Assembly (NCBI GenBank): GCA_023645945.1
Contig: JALAIB010000040.1
Coordinates: 1 to 42,862, forward strand
Reading direction: 5' to 3'
Origin: Diploschistes diacapsis
Taxonomy: Eukaryota
DNA length: 42,862 nucleotides
Under the pieces are notes generated by a model that worked only from the letters and a program-made list of their open reading frames with translations, did not search any database and was not told where the DNA came from. This document shows positions 11,431 to 23,100 of this stretch, one piece after another. The first letter of the stretch is position 1. Every line of letters starts with the position of its first letter. The position numbers were made by a program, and so were the translations under genes.

Positions 11431-12730
11431 CCAAAGTGGTATTTGAGGATTTGTTGTTTGAAAGGGGCAGATGCCAAGAGAGAGAGGGGGACACGGAATG
11501 AGGAATTCGGGGTTTTGGTGAAGGAGGGCTGGGGCCAGGAGGACTGGTGAATGGGAGAACGTTGAGCGAGAAGGCATAAAGAGGAAGCAGAGGAGACGGG
11601 TAATGGAGAAGGTAAGGAAAGAACGAAGGGGGAGGTAGCAGATAAATGCCCAGGGAAAGAAAGGACCCGATGGATCTTGTGGCTCTTTTCGGGTTTTGAT
11701 TGCGTGCAAGCATTTATCAGCATTCCTAGGGAGGCATACTGTAGATTATACTAAACGAGACATCTCCAAGACATGCGGACCTACTAGAGACGATAAAACA
11801 ATAAATCAATCCCTCCAATCCCAACCCTCCCGTTTTTTCTCCCAAATTACAGGTGCCACACCGCCCTATCTCGAGCCTCCTACATCCCAGTTTTTTCTAA
11901 AGATGCTAGCTACTACTATCACTTCCAATACTTGTGACCTAGGCACCACCCCCCCACGAGAGAAAAAGTGATCATGGTACATGACACGGCAGGCCATCAG
12001 CAGAACGGGCATCGGCTACAAAATCGCGAATTAGTATACTCAAGGGGGGCTCCCAAAAATCTAGCGACGTCCCATGGCCGAGGGCTTATTAAGCTGCGAT
12101 AACGAAACACTATTAACCAACCCCCCCCCCCCGTTCGGGAGCTGGGTTTCATCTTCGCTGTCACAGCTCCAGCATCTTTCTAGAGAGAGAGAGGGAGAGA
12201 GAAGAGGGTAAGATATGGATTACTAGCCGCTGCTCATCAGTAGAGATGTGGTATTTAGGAGTCCTTTGGGGGCACTAGGGATGCTGAAAACTTCCGAAGA
12301 TTCCTGGAGATGCTAGAGATATCTGGAGGGGTTCTGAAGCCTGCTGGAGCTGGTGCTGGAGCTGGGAGCTGGCACTGTTGGAGCTGGCGAACATGCTGGA
12401 GGCATTGAAGGGTGATGGCGCAGATGCTGAAGGTATTGAAGACGATGGCGAGAGGTATGCGCGCAGGAAGGTGAAGGGGGTTTTTACATACAGTTTACTA
12501 CGTAAAGGTAACTCAAAGATCCTGCGTGATATAAGCAGAGAACAAGGGGCGCATGAGGGGCGCTTGAAACCATCTCATTGTTCAGCTGGAACTGCCGTGG
12601 TGCTTCCAAGCCTTGTCTCTCAGCCTTTTCTGGCTACACTACTCCAGAGTGCTTCAGCTCCATAAACGCAGTCGTGGATGCTTTTAAACTAGGCTGCCCG
12701 GGAGTGCTTCCAAAACTCATGAACTCTCTC

Positions 12731-15182
12731 TCACACATATTCAGCCCGGACTGCTCCGTAGTTGATCCCACCGTGAACAAGCTCGTATCTCGTGTAGCCC
12801 GAGAAATAGGTGACTTGTATTGAATATTGGATAGTGTAGTACAGCTTGCCGTCATGTCCTGTGAAAATTGGAAACTTGTGGATGGGAACCCAGCTCAAGT
12901 CTGCCGTAACCTCCACCAATTGCTGCACCTCTCCTGTTATACGGTTAGCGGAAACCAAATCCATGTTTGAAGAGTTGTAGGCAGGCGATGTTAGTCATGG
13001 TTGGCACACCAAACACCTCGTCTACCATTTTATGCCTATGTAAGAGCTTGTAGAGTGCTTCGGATAAATTACAAAGTCCTGAGGGATGTGAAGCTCTCCC
13101 AGAGCTTGAAAGTTTCTTTTATAATTCTTCCTGAAGCACCTCTCGAGCTTTTACACAGGCTTAAAATGATAAAGGAGGTATTTGGTGCGCTAAGTTATCA
13201 TTAATGTCACCTGAATGTATGGAGTAACATACCGTTCTCGTAGAGCGGGGCGCCAATGTTCTCTGGGTCGTTGCAGACTTGAATGCAAGTATGTAGTATG
13301 CTGGGCCGCCCAAACTCTTGCTTATGGTTGACATACTCAGGCATATCGATAGGCTTGTGCTCTTCCACCATATCGCCCTGAAACCATTAGCTTCCTTTCC
13401 AAGATTGAAGTTCGGGACTGTCGAACCTTTTTCAGAAACCAGTCTAGCGTAATGACACGCCAAAGGCCCTCTGAAGCATCCCAGGACCTAGCAAGATAAA
13501 CTCAACTTCCTCGAACCTTGCGGGAAGGAATGGCTCACTTGCGATGCTTCTCATGCAAGGCAGGATCGAATTTAGCCCAAATCCTCCTCCCGTAGTGTTT
13601 GCGCGCCATCCGTCCACCCACACTAACGCTTGCAGAGCCAGACATTAGAAGTTCAATGCCTCTGATCAGCGCTCCTCTGGCAACAGCTGACCAGCTATCA
13701 ACAATTAGCATCTCCCACCTTTTCTTGCGCCAATTCTTACCCATTCCCAGGCTGAAGAACTTCAACATCAGGAACTGCTTCCCGGATCCTTTCCCGTAGG
13801 TATGAGCTCTGGCCCAGCCCACCAACCATCAGCATCTTTGACGCAGACCCTTTCAGCGCTCTTATCTGTCCCAGTACTAGGCCAATGATATCCTGTACTA
13901 CTGGTTCGAAGATGGCCGTGATATCTTCGACGGTCATTGTGTATTTGCCGCGACGTATGCCCTTGGCCTCGTTATATGCCATTCCGGGAACTAGATCCAG
14001 TGAGCGGTGAAAAAAACAGACTGAGCTCCTCTAAGATGAACCTGGAATCTTGAAATCATGTCCGTTCTTAGAACCTCCACTGAAGCTAGGTTTAAGCTAT
14101 CCCATAATCAGCAACTTTATTCAATTACGTCTGAGCCCAGCTGAAGGGGCAATGAACCTCTCTTTGAAAGTATTGAGTCGCCTAAACTGATATAAGCGGA
14201 TCAAAGCCCGTCATATTCTGGAGATAACATTACCTCGTCCAGAACCTCTGCGTCCCAGCCTGTTTCGCTACCCAGGTCTGCTATCAATTTTTTCTGAAAA
14301 AGTCTGTCTATGAAAGTTGAGCCGCACAGACCACCTGTTCCGACTGATGCCTCGGCCACTTTGATGACTGGGGTGAGTTGCATGATCTTGTAAGAAATCA
14401 GATCAACGGTGCCGCCGCCGGCGTCGATCACGGTAAACGTATCCATGAGCTTCCACCCTGCATGTCTCATCGTCTTCAAAGCAAAGAGCGCAGCAGCTTC
14501 TGGCTCGCTAATAAGCTCCAAAGCCGCTCCATGGCCCATACCAGCCTTCTCCGCGCAAGCTCGAGTCTTTGCCTGAGCACCTTCACTCCAAACGGCAGGA
14601 ACAGTTAGCACGTACTGGATCGGCGTTTTGCTCAAGGCAGTAGCGGATATCTTATATCTCAACACCTCCTCAACGTGCTTTCGCAACGCTGTCAAGTAAT
14701 CGGTCGCTTTCTTCTCCACAGGCACGTCCTCTTCGTTCCGTGGCACATGTGATTCCATCAAAGTAGATGCGACTCCGTGCAATTTGTATCGTTGTTGTGG
14801 GTCAAGATCTAGCTTGAACCACTTATGGTGTGGAGCTGTAGACACGAACTGGAATCCCCATTGCGTTTCGCCATCGATGTAGCGAAGCACTCTTTAATTG
14901 TCTGTCAGAAGTGGACATGGATTCTTTCCGGCAATGAACTCACGTAGGTACCTTTTCGCTAGTCTTCCCTTCTAAGCCCCCTGATAGAGCATCAGGCCAT
15001 GTAGTAATGGCCACTTGCTCTTCCGGATCGGCTGAGTAGGCATACGCAACACCAGAACAAGTCGTTCCGAAATCCACGGCAATGATGACTCTTCCAATCA
15101 AATCCGATATCTTTACGACGCCTTCATGAGTTCGTTTACTACCTTTCGCTTTCAGCTTCGTCATGTTGTTATTAGTGTTCAT
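12731..15182 (-). CDS. Atypical Hsp70-family / actin-like ATPase (HSPA12-like fungal type), ~596 aa, 9 exons
   Basis: Exons 15182-14944, 14891-14234, 14181-14158, 14096-14042, 13990-13741, 13694-13539, 13487-13427, 13377-13233 and 12933-12731 sum to 1791 nt in frame. Motifs IIAVDFGTTCSGVAY, LTVPAVW, ISEPEAAA, VIDAGGGTVDLISY, MVGGLGQSSYL and WSAVARGA. No EEVD tail. Confidence 0.88.
12982..13213. repeat. Long imperfect inverted repeat (foldback/MITE-like) inside the last intron of the Hsp70-like gene
   Basis: Arm 13004-13076 matches the reverse complement of ~13117-13190 at roughly 78% by hand alignment, with a weaker extension to 12982/13213. Inner hairpin AAGCTCT-CCC-AGAGCTT at 13091-13107. 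Confidence 0.8.
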
Positions 15183-15603
15183 TGTATCCGAGGGATCCTC
15201 GATTTGTTCTCTATTCCCAACGTCAGTCTGTCTTCCGCATTGATTGAAGATGTTGGTGTCCTGCAGCTAGATTAGAATGAGTATTAAAAGTTTCTGAAGT
15301 ACTGAAAGGGAAATTGTATCCTTAGTAGATCATATTAGAGCTTTTAAAGGGGCATTGAAGCTTAGAAAGTGTTGGTTGCTGCGTAGTATTCACCAGAGGC
15401 AGAGTGAGGTGAGACTTGACAACTCATTAGAACTCACTCGAGTGATATTTTGATTAGAGTTCCTTCAATAACGGCTAATTCTGGAAAGTATTGCACAGGT
15501 AAGACTCAACGGTCGAAACTGATACTTCCTTTCAACTTTGCCGCAAATCGAGTAAACATACTCATCACAGCTGCATCTGTATTTGCGGTTCTAGCAGCTT
15601 AGG

Positions 15604-16955
15604 ATGGCAGATCGCCACTTGAGTCGTTGGTCACCCATACCACAATGGAGACTTCGAAGCCATAACGACCCTGCCTTTCAAGCTACAACAGAGACTCAGA
15701 TTCAGCATTCTACGGACCAAAATAGGTCTGTTCCTGAACAAACAAGGCTCAGGCGGTATGAACTCAGGTAAGCAACTAGAGACACAATGTTCTCGTTTGC
15801 TAATTGGCCAAGGCACGGTGGGCAAGTAAGTCGAGAGACTAGAATGCTATGGGTCGAAGTCGAAACCCTTCGAAGCCAGCGTAGTAGACTGGAGCAGGTA
15901 AAGAAAGAATTGCAAAGAAGACTCGACACGTTCGAACGGAACAACCAGGCAAACGAAGACAGTATTACTGCTTTGGTAAAATGGCAGAATAACGCGGAGG
16001 GGAAAATGCGCGAAGACGAAGAAACAATCATTCACCAGCGCAAGGAGATAAACTCATGCAAAGCCGATATTTTCAAATTACAACCAAAGGCAGAGGTACC
16101 TGACACTGAGTATATTCGCCTATATGACTCGCTTTGCACCAAAATCTCCGACTGGGTATATAGGGAGATTGATAGGTTCGAGCAAGGGGGACATAATATA
16201 GAGAGCCAACTTCAATGCAGTATAATCAAACAACATCCGGAAGCCATGTTTTTGGTTAAGGAATACCCTATTGCTTGGGAGTATTTCCTAGTAAGATCTG
16301 TACATTTAGTTCTCCAAAAAAACTGCTTTTCGGAAAAAGTAATGCTCTATGGGCTGCCGCGATACCTGGATTCAGCTTTGAGAACAGTATTGCAGGGGAT
16401 GGATGGTCTAACGCCAGCATCAGGTAAGAGTGTCGCATTGGAAAAGAGCCTTTTGTTAATATTTCTTGCATAGACAAGAAAGACATCACTAGATGGCGCA
16501 TCGGTGGAGTCAGAGCAGCAGCAGGAACGGTGGAAGTGACTGAAGCAAGGCAGGCGAAAGCAATGACCTTGGCTCAAGAGATCCTCAGCTCCATTCACGA
16601 AATCTGTCCTGATTTGGGAAGCGATGACCAGACGCTACAAAGCCTTAAGACAGACATAATCCTTCGCGCCATGGAGCTCGAGCTCATGATCCGTACAGCG
16701 TCTTCTTCATATCGATTCGCAATCCTTGATAAAGTCAAAGATCCTTCTGTGATTAACGACAGTACCATGGAAAAAGTGGTTTACTTTGACATTGCAAACA
16801 GAAAGAAGGTCACACCACGGACAACAGTCAACCCAAACAATGCAGGAGTCATTGGGAAGACCGTGATTGATATCTCACCCATGCTTTATCGCTTGGAGGG
16901 CAACTCATTTCTTGCTCTTCGTCCTAGCCATTGTTGTTTGGTGCTCTTTAAATAA
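15604..16955 (+). CDS. Uncharacterised coiled-coil protein (~418 aa) with a GrpE-like C-terminal beta region
   Basis: Exons 15604-15767, 15813-16423 and 16474-16955 (GTAAGC..AAG, GTAAGA..TAG) total 1257 nt in frame. Heptad-rich N-terminal half, helical middle with a RWR motif, and C-terminus IGKTVIDISPMLYRLEGNSFLALRPSHCCLVL. Confidence 0.75.
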
Positions 16956-17867
16956 CAGTCCACAGAGATTGGAGACGACTAAGCGAAGCGTACGGCAGGC
17001 GATTACGAGCGAACCTGATGATATCCTAGCTGACTATTAAACAGAGCTGGAAAGCAACGGGGAGAATGGAGTGACAGCATAACAACAGTCTTTGGCATAT
17101 CTATACGAGCAAGTGCTATGGACAAGCAGCATAGATACCGAGCAAGAAACACAGAAGGAAGGAAACCAGACTGTGACCGGGAAGAAATGGATTTTCGGCA
17201 AAGCAGTATTAGTAAGCACTTAAACCTGTGCACCACTCCTTTGCTACTATACCAAAGTAGGTAGATACACAGCATCAAGATTCCATATCTCCATAATCAA
17301 ACCAGCCGCTCGTGCTGCCCTCCATCCCTTGGGACTTCTGCCTAAATCAAGCCAGCGGCACTGCACCGTAAGCTATCAATATCAAAGACCACATACAAAG
17401 CCAGATCGATTGTAGTAATACTTTCTTCCACCACTTTACGCCCACCCAAGAGCTCGAGAGGGGAGAAAAAAGGCCAAGCGCGCCCCTGAGGTAGCAGAGA
17501 GGAAAGGACATGGATAAGATTGGTGGCTTAAGTTTTGAGAGCGGAATATGTACCTGAGGTCGGTGATCTCGAACTTGATGGATGAGTAGTATACTAGTAC
17601 ATGCTTCATTCTGTCTTCTGCTCGATAGCAGTCAAGTCAGCGATTTATCGAGACCGCACTCTAACAACCACCACCTTTTCACCCCAGCTGTATGCGCCCG
17701 CAGCAAGCAAGCAATTCGGTATTCATATTCGTACAAGCGCACACAGCAGAGCTCTATTGCGCTGCTGCATATCGTCCTTTCCCCTTACACTTCCTTTTCC
17801 CTCCCACGTCTCATTCTCCCTTCATCGTTACAAATTGCCACCCTTCAGCGCCGAACCCTTGTCAATC

Positions 17868-19619
17868 CTACTCGCTCTCGCTCCCCGCCTCCTCAACACT
17901 GGCATTCAAGCCACCCCTCCTGGCTATCTCTGCCCCACTAACGGTATCCACGCCAGTCGCAATCTGCTGCCCGCCCACGGTAACGCTCCGCGGCACGTCT
18001 CCATCCTCCTTGCCCGCTTCTTCTCCGCCGCTGCCCTCTTCGTCCTCGTCCTTGCCAGCGTTCTCGCTGGCCGCGGCGGGGGAGCCTCTTGTTGCGGCGC
18101 GGGCGTCGGCTTTGGCTTTACGCGCTTCGCGCTTGGCTTTGCGGGCGGCTTTTTTGTCTTCGGTGGTCTACGGGGGGAGAAAATGTTAGCGGTGTGGAAA
18201 TAGCAGATAGATGGAGAAGCAGCAGCGAGCGCAGAGAGCGGTAACCGGGGTGGTCTCGGCGAAGCCATAGAGCCAGGTAGTTACGCCTGGCCGCAGCAAG
18301 GCTTTGATATTTTTGAAACAAATGGGAAACAACTCACCTCGTGCCATCCCCAAAGCGGCCGAAAGCTATCAAAGAACCCCACATCCTCAAACAGATTCGG
18401 ATACAGCCATAAGCCCGGCGGTACCGTGAACACCGTCGCCATGAACAGAATCAACCTGACAAGCGCCATCGCAAAGAACAGCGCAATCAACCCGAGCATT
18501 CCCATGCTCAGGTACCACACTCCGACCCTCATCTTCAGCGGCCACAGCGGGAACAGTATAATCGCGAACACGGCTATCAGGGCCCCGACGGCGTAGAGCT
18601 GGGTCTTCCAGCTGGGCGTGTCCGCGAGAAAGACGTAGTGCAGGTCCGGTCGGATCTCTTGCTGCTGCTCGATGCGCACGGTCCAGAGGCCTTTGGTGCG
18701 TTTCTTAGGTTTGCTGGAGGAGCCGGGTTGCGGGGTGTTTGCGTCCTCGTTTTTGGAGACTCGTAGAGCGAGAAGAGAGAGTGGGAGAAGCTTGAAGATT
18801 TCGGAGGCGGGGTTTTCAGATGTGAGGGGTGGAAGGTTGGATTTAGGTTTCTGCGCGGCTTTTGTGTAGGCAGGTGAATCGATGGCACGGAGAGCGCGTT
18901 TGACTAGGTGCGGAGCGGAGTGTTAGAAAGAAATTTGTGGAGGCTGTTTTGAAATTGGGCAGCATGGTCACCAGCAGCTTCTTCCGCTGAGCTCAGCTGC
19001 CTCCATCAAGAGTTCACCTCCGCATGGGAGATGTTTTGCTGGGCTCAGCAGCTTCGATTCTCTGGCACGCCTTCACCCAGCCGCTGTAACAGAAGTAACA
19101 TTAAGAGGGCTTCTCACCTCTAAACATATCCTTCCTCTGTCCATTCAAAATACACGTCCTCGTCTTCAAGTCCTGGCCCCTCAACCACTTCATGACCGCC
19201 AACGCCCTCGGATCCGGCGTCCCCGAATTATTAATCGGCACCTGCTGTCCATGCTCATGTTGATGTTGATGTTGATGCTGATGCTGATGCTGATGCTGGC
19301 CGCCTTGCTGCCCCTGTTGGACCTGCATCGGCGTCGTCGGACTCCCCGGCTGCGCAGCCCCTCCTTCTTGCGCGGCCTGCTGCGCGGCCTTGCGCTGATG
19401 ATTCGCAATCGCGTCCGCGCGGAGCTTCTGAATATACTGCGGGACAGTCATCCCATTCGCTTTGGCCTCTGTCTCTATCTGTGCGCGCTGCTGCGCTTGG
19501 AACTCTTGCGGCGTCATGCCGCGGCGTTGGGCTTCGGCGGCCATGGCGGCTTGCATCTGCTGGATCTGTTCTGGGGTTGGGCTACCTTGGGGCGGGAGTG
19601 GAGGTGGCGGGGCGGCCAT
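17868..19619 (-). CDS. SEC62: ER translocation protein Sec62
   Basis: Exons 19619-19118, 18903-18338 and 18167-17868. Motifs LKTRTCILNGQRKDMFRVKRALRAI, two TM helices (FAIILFPLWP...), and PPGLWLYPNLFEDVGFFDSFRPLWGWHE. Q-rich N-terminus with (HQ)n. Confidence 0.93.
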
Positions 19620-20163
19620 GCCTTTGTTTATGTAGTGCGAAAAGAGAATGAGTCAAAAGCGTGTGTGAGAGGAGGAAGGGAGACAAAGGTTGGCTGGTTG
19701 TGGATGGATTTACTGTAGTGGATGCTGCTGGCAGCTTTTTTTTAATTTCCTTTGGGGAAGAAGACACGTCTTCGCCTCATTTCTTGCATGTGTGTGCCGC
19801 CAAGATACCGGGCCGCAATATCTTTATTCCTTCACAGCCCCCTGAAGTTTGAAGTTGCTCCTGAATCGCTTGAAGTAGGAAAGTAGGCGGTGCAAATAAC
19901 AAGTAATATGACAAAGACGCTCAAGACGTCGACTTATATCACACTTTGAAGTAGAGTATTTTTGGCCTATAACTGGTTCCTTAAACCGCCTGCCGTTCTT
20001 GACAAAAGCATGCTGTTACATTATCTCGACCTGGCAAATCGCTGCCCGTGCTAGTAATGCAATCTATGTCTAAGTGAAGAGTCGAGGAAAGCGGAAGTAC
20101 CACCACCCGTCGCTACAGGATCCAACCGCCCGTGCAAAACACTACTACCCAGCCTCAACCCAC

Positions 20164-23100
20164 TCAAGCAATGTCGAACAGCGGCTTCATCTTCTTGATC
20201 AACAACCACTCGTCGTTGCTGACATCTGACCGGTAGAATTCCTTGAGCGTATCGATACTCTGCCGCGATATCAACGAGTACAGCGTATCCTTCTCTTCGA
20301 GCTGTCTGCCGTATAGGGGCTGGTTCGGCCCTTCAATCTTCACGGCCACGGACGGTTGACCCTTCTTGCATACGGGAATTTGCTTGTGGTCTCGTTCTAT
20401 TGAAGTCCTGGCCAGACGTCAGCATACCAAAGTGGGACGATGAGAGATTTCCACCACTTACACTCTTCCAAGACTAACGACTTCCTTGACGTTGGTTACT
20501 GGGTTGTGCTTGACCGCGGCGATTGGAGTGGTCAGCTTGAGCTGCCCTTCGGTTACATCCACACCAACGACAATCGGATCCTTCTTGTTGAATACTGCCA
20601 CCGGTGTGAGAACGCAGGGGAATACGGCAAGTAGTTTCGCATCCTCCTTCCTCTGCTCGTTCAAATCCGCCATGTGCTTGGTAAAGTCATCGAACAGGTG
20701 ATAAATGATATCTGCTTTGAAAATCTTGACACCTACCTCGTCCGCATAAGCCTGTGCGTCCTTGTCCACTTTGACATCGAAGCAAAGCATGACAGCGTAC
20801 TCTTTTGATTTCTCAAGCATGATGCCCGCTTGCATCACGTCACGCTTGTAAACAGGACCAATGGAGATATTTGCAACGGGAATCTTTGAGACCCTAAGGA
20901 ATTCGAGAAGGGCTTCGAGCGAGCCCAACGTCGAAGCTTGGACGCTGACACCACGACCGGTCTTCGATACTTTGCCCAGCAAGTTCTCAAGATCTGACAT
21001 GACTTCCTCCTCGAGGTCTTCCTCATCATCGTCCGGACCGACGACTAGGAGACGTGAGCCGGCAATGGCATGCTCGAGATCGTTGGCGGCGATCTTGACG
21101 CCCAACGAAGCTTTGACTATGTCATTATGCACATACTGTGACTTGATTCGGAGTTCCTTCAGCGGCGCTGGTGTCAGCAATGCTCGTATATTTGTTGCTA
21201 TGGCCCCATTCAAACCACACAACACTACGCGGTCACCTTCTCGCAAGACTCCGTTCGAAAGGACGACGTCGATGGTCGTCCCGAGACCCTCGATGACCTT
21301 GACTTCCAGAACCGTACACTCAACCTCAGATAGGTACATGAGCTTGCTAGTCATCCTCTCTTGGGCCAGAGTCACGAGAAGCTTGAGAAGATCGCCGAGC
21401 CCTTCTCCGCTGTGAGCGGACGTTGGCACAAGTGAGACGTTCCTGGCCATAGATTTGTTCTCGTAATACCTGTTATATCAATTAGAGCCTCTTTTTCGTC
21501 CAAAAAAATAACAGGCGCGTCCAGACTGTTAGCACGCCCCACTTCCTTTTCGTGGTGAGAAAGGTAACAAACCAGGATTAAGGCGCTGATGGATGTGGGG
21601 AGAGCTAAAAGTTGAACATGGGCTGGAGAAACTGTAAAACTTACAATTCCGCATTGAACCCCTGCTCAGCAAAAGCAAGCTTGGTCTTTTCCAGACGGTC
21701 CCTGAACTCGTTCTGTACTCCCTTGTTCTGTAGCGAAAGCGATTCTTGGAAACCATTGTTGTCAACCCTCTTCCAGCCGTAGAGACGATCAATCTTGTTC
21801 AAGGCGACGATGAATGGTGTTTTCCTTTCCCGCAACAACCGCATCGACTCTAGTGTCTGTGGTTCCAATCCGTGCATGATATCCACCACCAAGATGGCAA
21901 TATTGCAGAGCGACGAACCGCGTGATCGAAGATTAGTGAACGACTCGTGTCCAGGGGTGTCGATGACCAGCAAACCAGGAACCTTGAATTCGAAAGCGCC
22001 GTCTTTGTTGACCACTGCGGTCTTCTGTTTCAGCGCTTCGACAGGGAAGAACGTAGCACCAATCTGTTGTGTGATACCACCCGCTTCGCCCTCTTGAACG
22101 TTCGTCTGTCTAATCTTATCTAGCAGCTTGGTCTTACCGGTATCGACGTGACCCAGGATACAGCAGATCGGCGATCGAAGGTTATCCTTCGACCGTGCAG
22201 CCAGGGCTTCTTCGTGCTGTTGTGCTCTTCTGGCCGCAGCATCGGCTTTCTTCTTTGCTGCTGCTTTCTGTACGGCAGTTGCGGCTTCTTCGTCTTCTGA
22301 GTCGTCTTCCTCGGACCCTGAGTCGGATTCTTCCTCTGTCTGAGCGATTGATTTCCTGCCGTTCACTGCAGCCTTCTCGGTTGCCTTTGTCTGTCCATTG
22401 GGTTGTCCTCTAGATCCGGCATTTGACTGAGCCTCTTCGTCGTCAGAGTCTACGTCCCAGCTGTCCTTCACATGCTGTTCCCCCCTATCCGCGGCAGCTT
22501 CCCAGTCTTCCTCGCCTGAGCTTTCTTCCGCTTCTGCTGCTTTGGCCGCCTCTTCGGCCCTCGCCTTCTCGGTCTCCATTCGTAGCTTTTCCCTTTCCTC
22601 GGCAAGACGTTGTGCTTCAGCCTCTGCAGCTTTCTGCGCCTCCGCAAGCATAGTTTCTTCATCGGGCCGCTGCTTGCCTCCCTTCTTCTTTTTCTCGTGC
22701 ACAGGCTTTGCCTTCTCTGCCGACTCGTCTAGTCCAGCGACTTTGGCACCCGCAGCGAGCATCTGTTGCCTTCGTAGTTGTGCTTTTTGCTGGGCCTCTT
22801 TTTGCGCTTTGGTCAGCAACAAGCCCTGTTTTTTCAGTTCCTCCTTCTTTTCCTTCTCCTTTTCCTTCTTCCTAGCCTTGGCTTCCGCAGCCCTCTTTAG
22901 CTTTTCCGCCTCGAGTTTCTCTTCTTCCTCTAAGCGTGCTCTCTCTTCCGCGGCTATTCGAGCCTCCTCCGCCTCCAACCGTTGTCGCTCCTCGATTTGC
23001 TTCTGCAACGCAGCCAAAGCGCCCTTTTTCGGTTTTTTGCCCGCATCCGCTTTAGCGGCAGCCGGCGCAGGTGCAGCTTCTGCTATGGGCTCCGGTTCAG

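Noticed and set aside
11030..11723. Overlapping P/S/L-rich minus-strand ORFs of 217-227 aa
   Set aside because: Artefact of the purine-rich + strand at the end of the monooxygenase pseudogene, which leaves few stops on the opposite strand.
12340..12665. ORF 12378-12665 and GCTGGA-type short repeats
   Set aside because: Low-complexity sequence downstream of the Hsp70-like gene; non-ATG start and no recognisable domain.
19251..19718. ORF starting MLMLMLML
   Set aside because: Antisense reading of the SEC62 (HQ)n repeat.
21526..21644. Possible stwintron (nested intron) in eIF5B using the internal GCTAACAG
   Set aside because: The AG directly abuts the branch motif, and excision would not reconstitute a GT donor (next bases TCTGGA).
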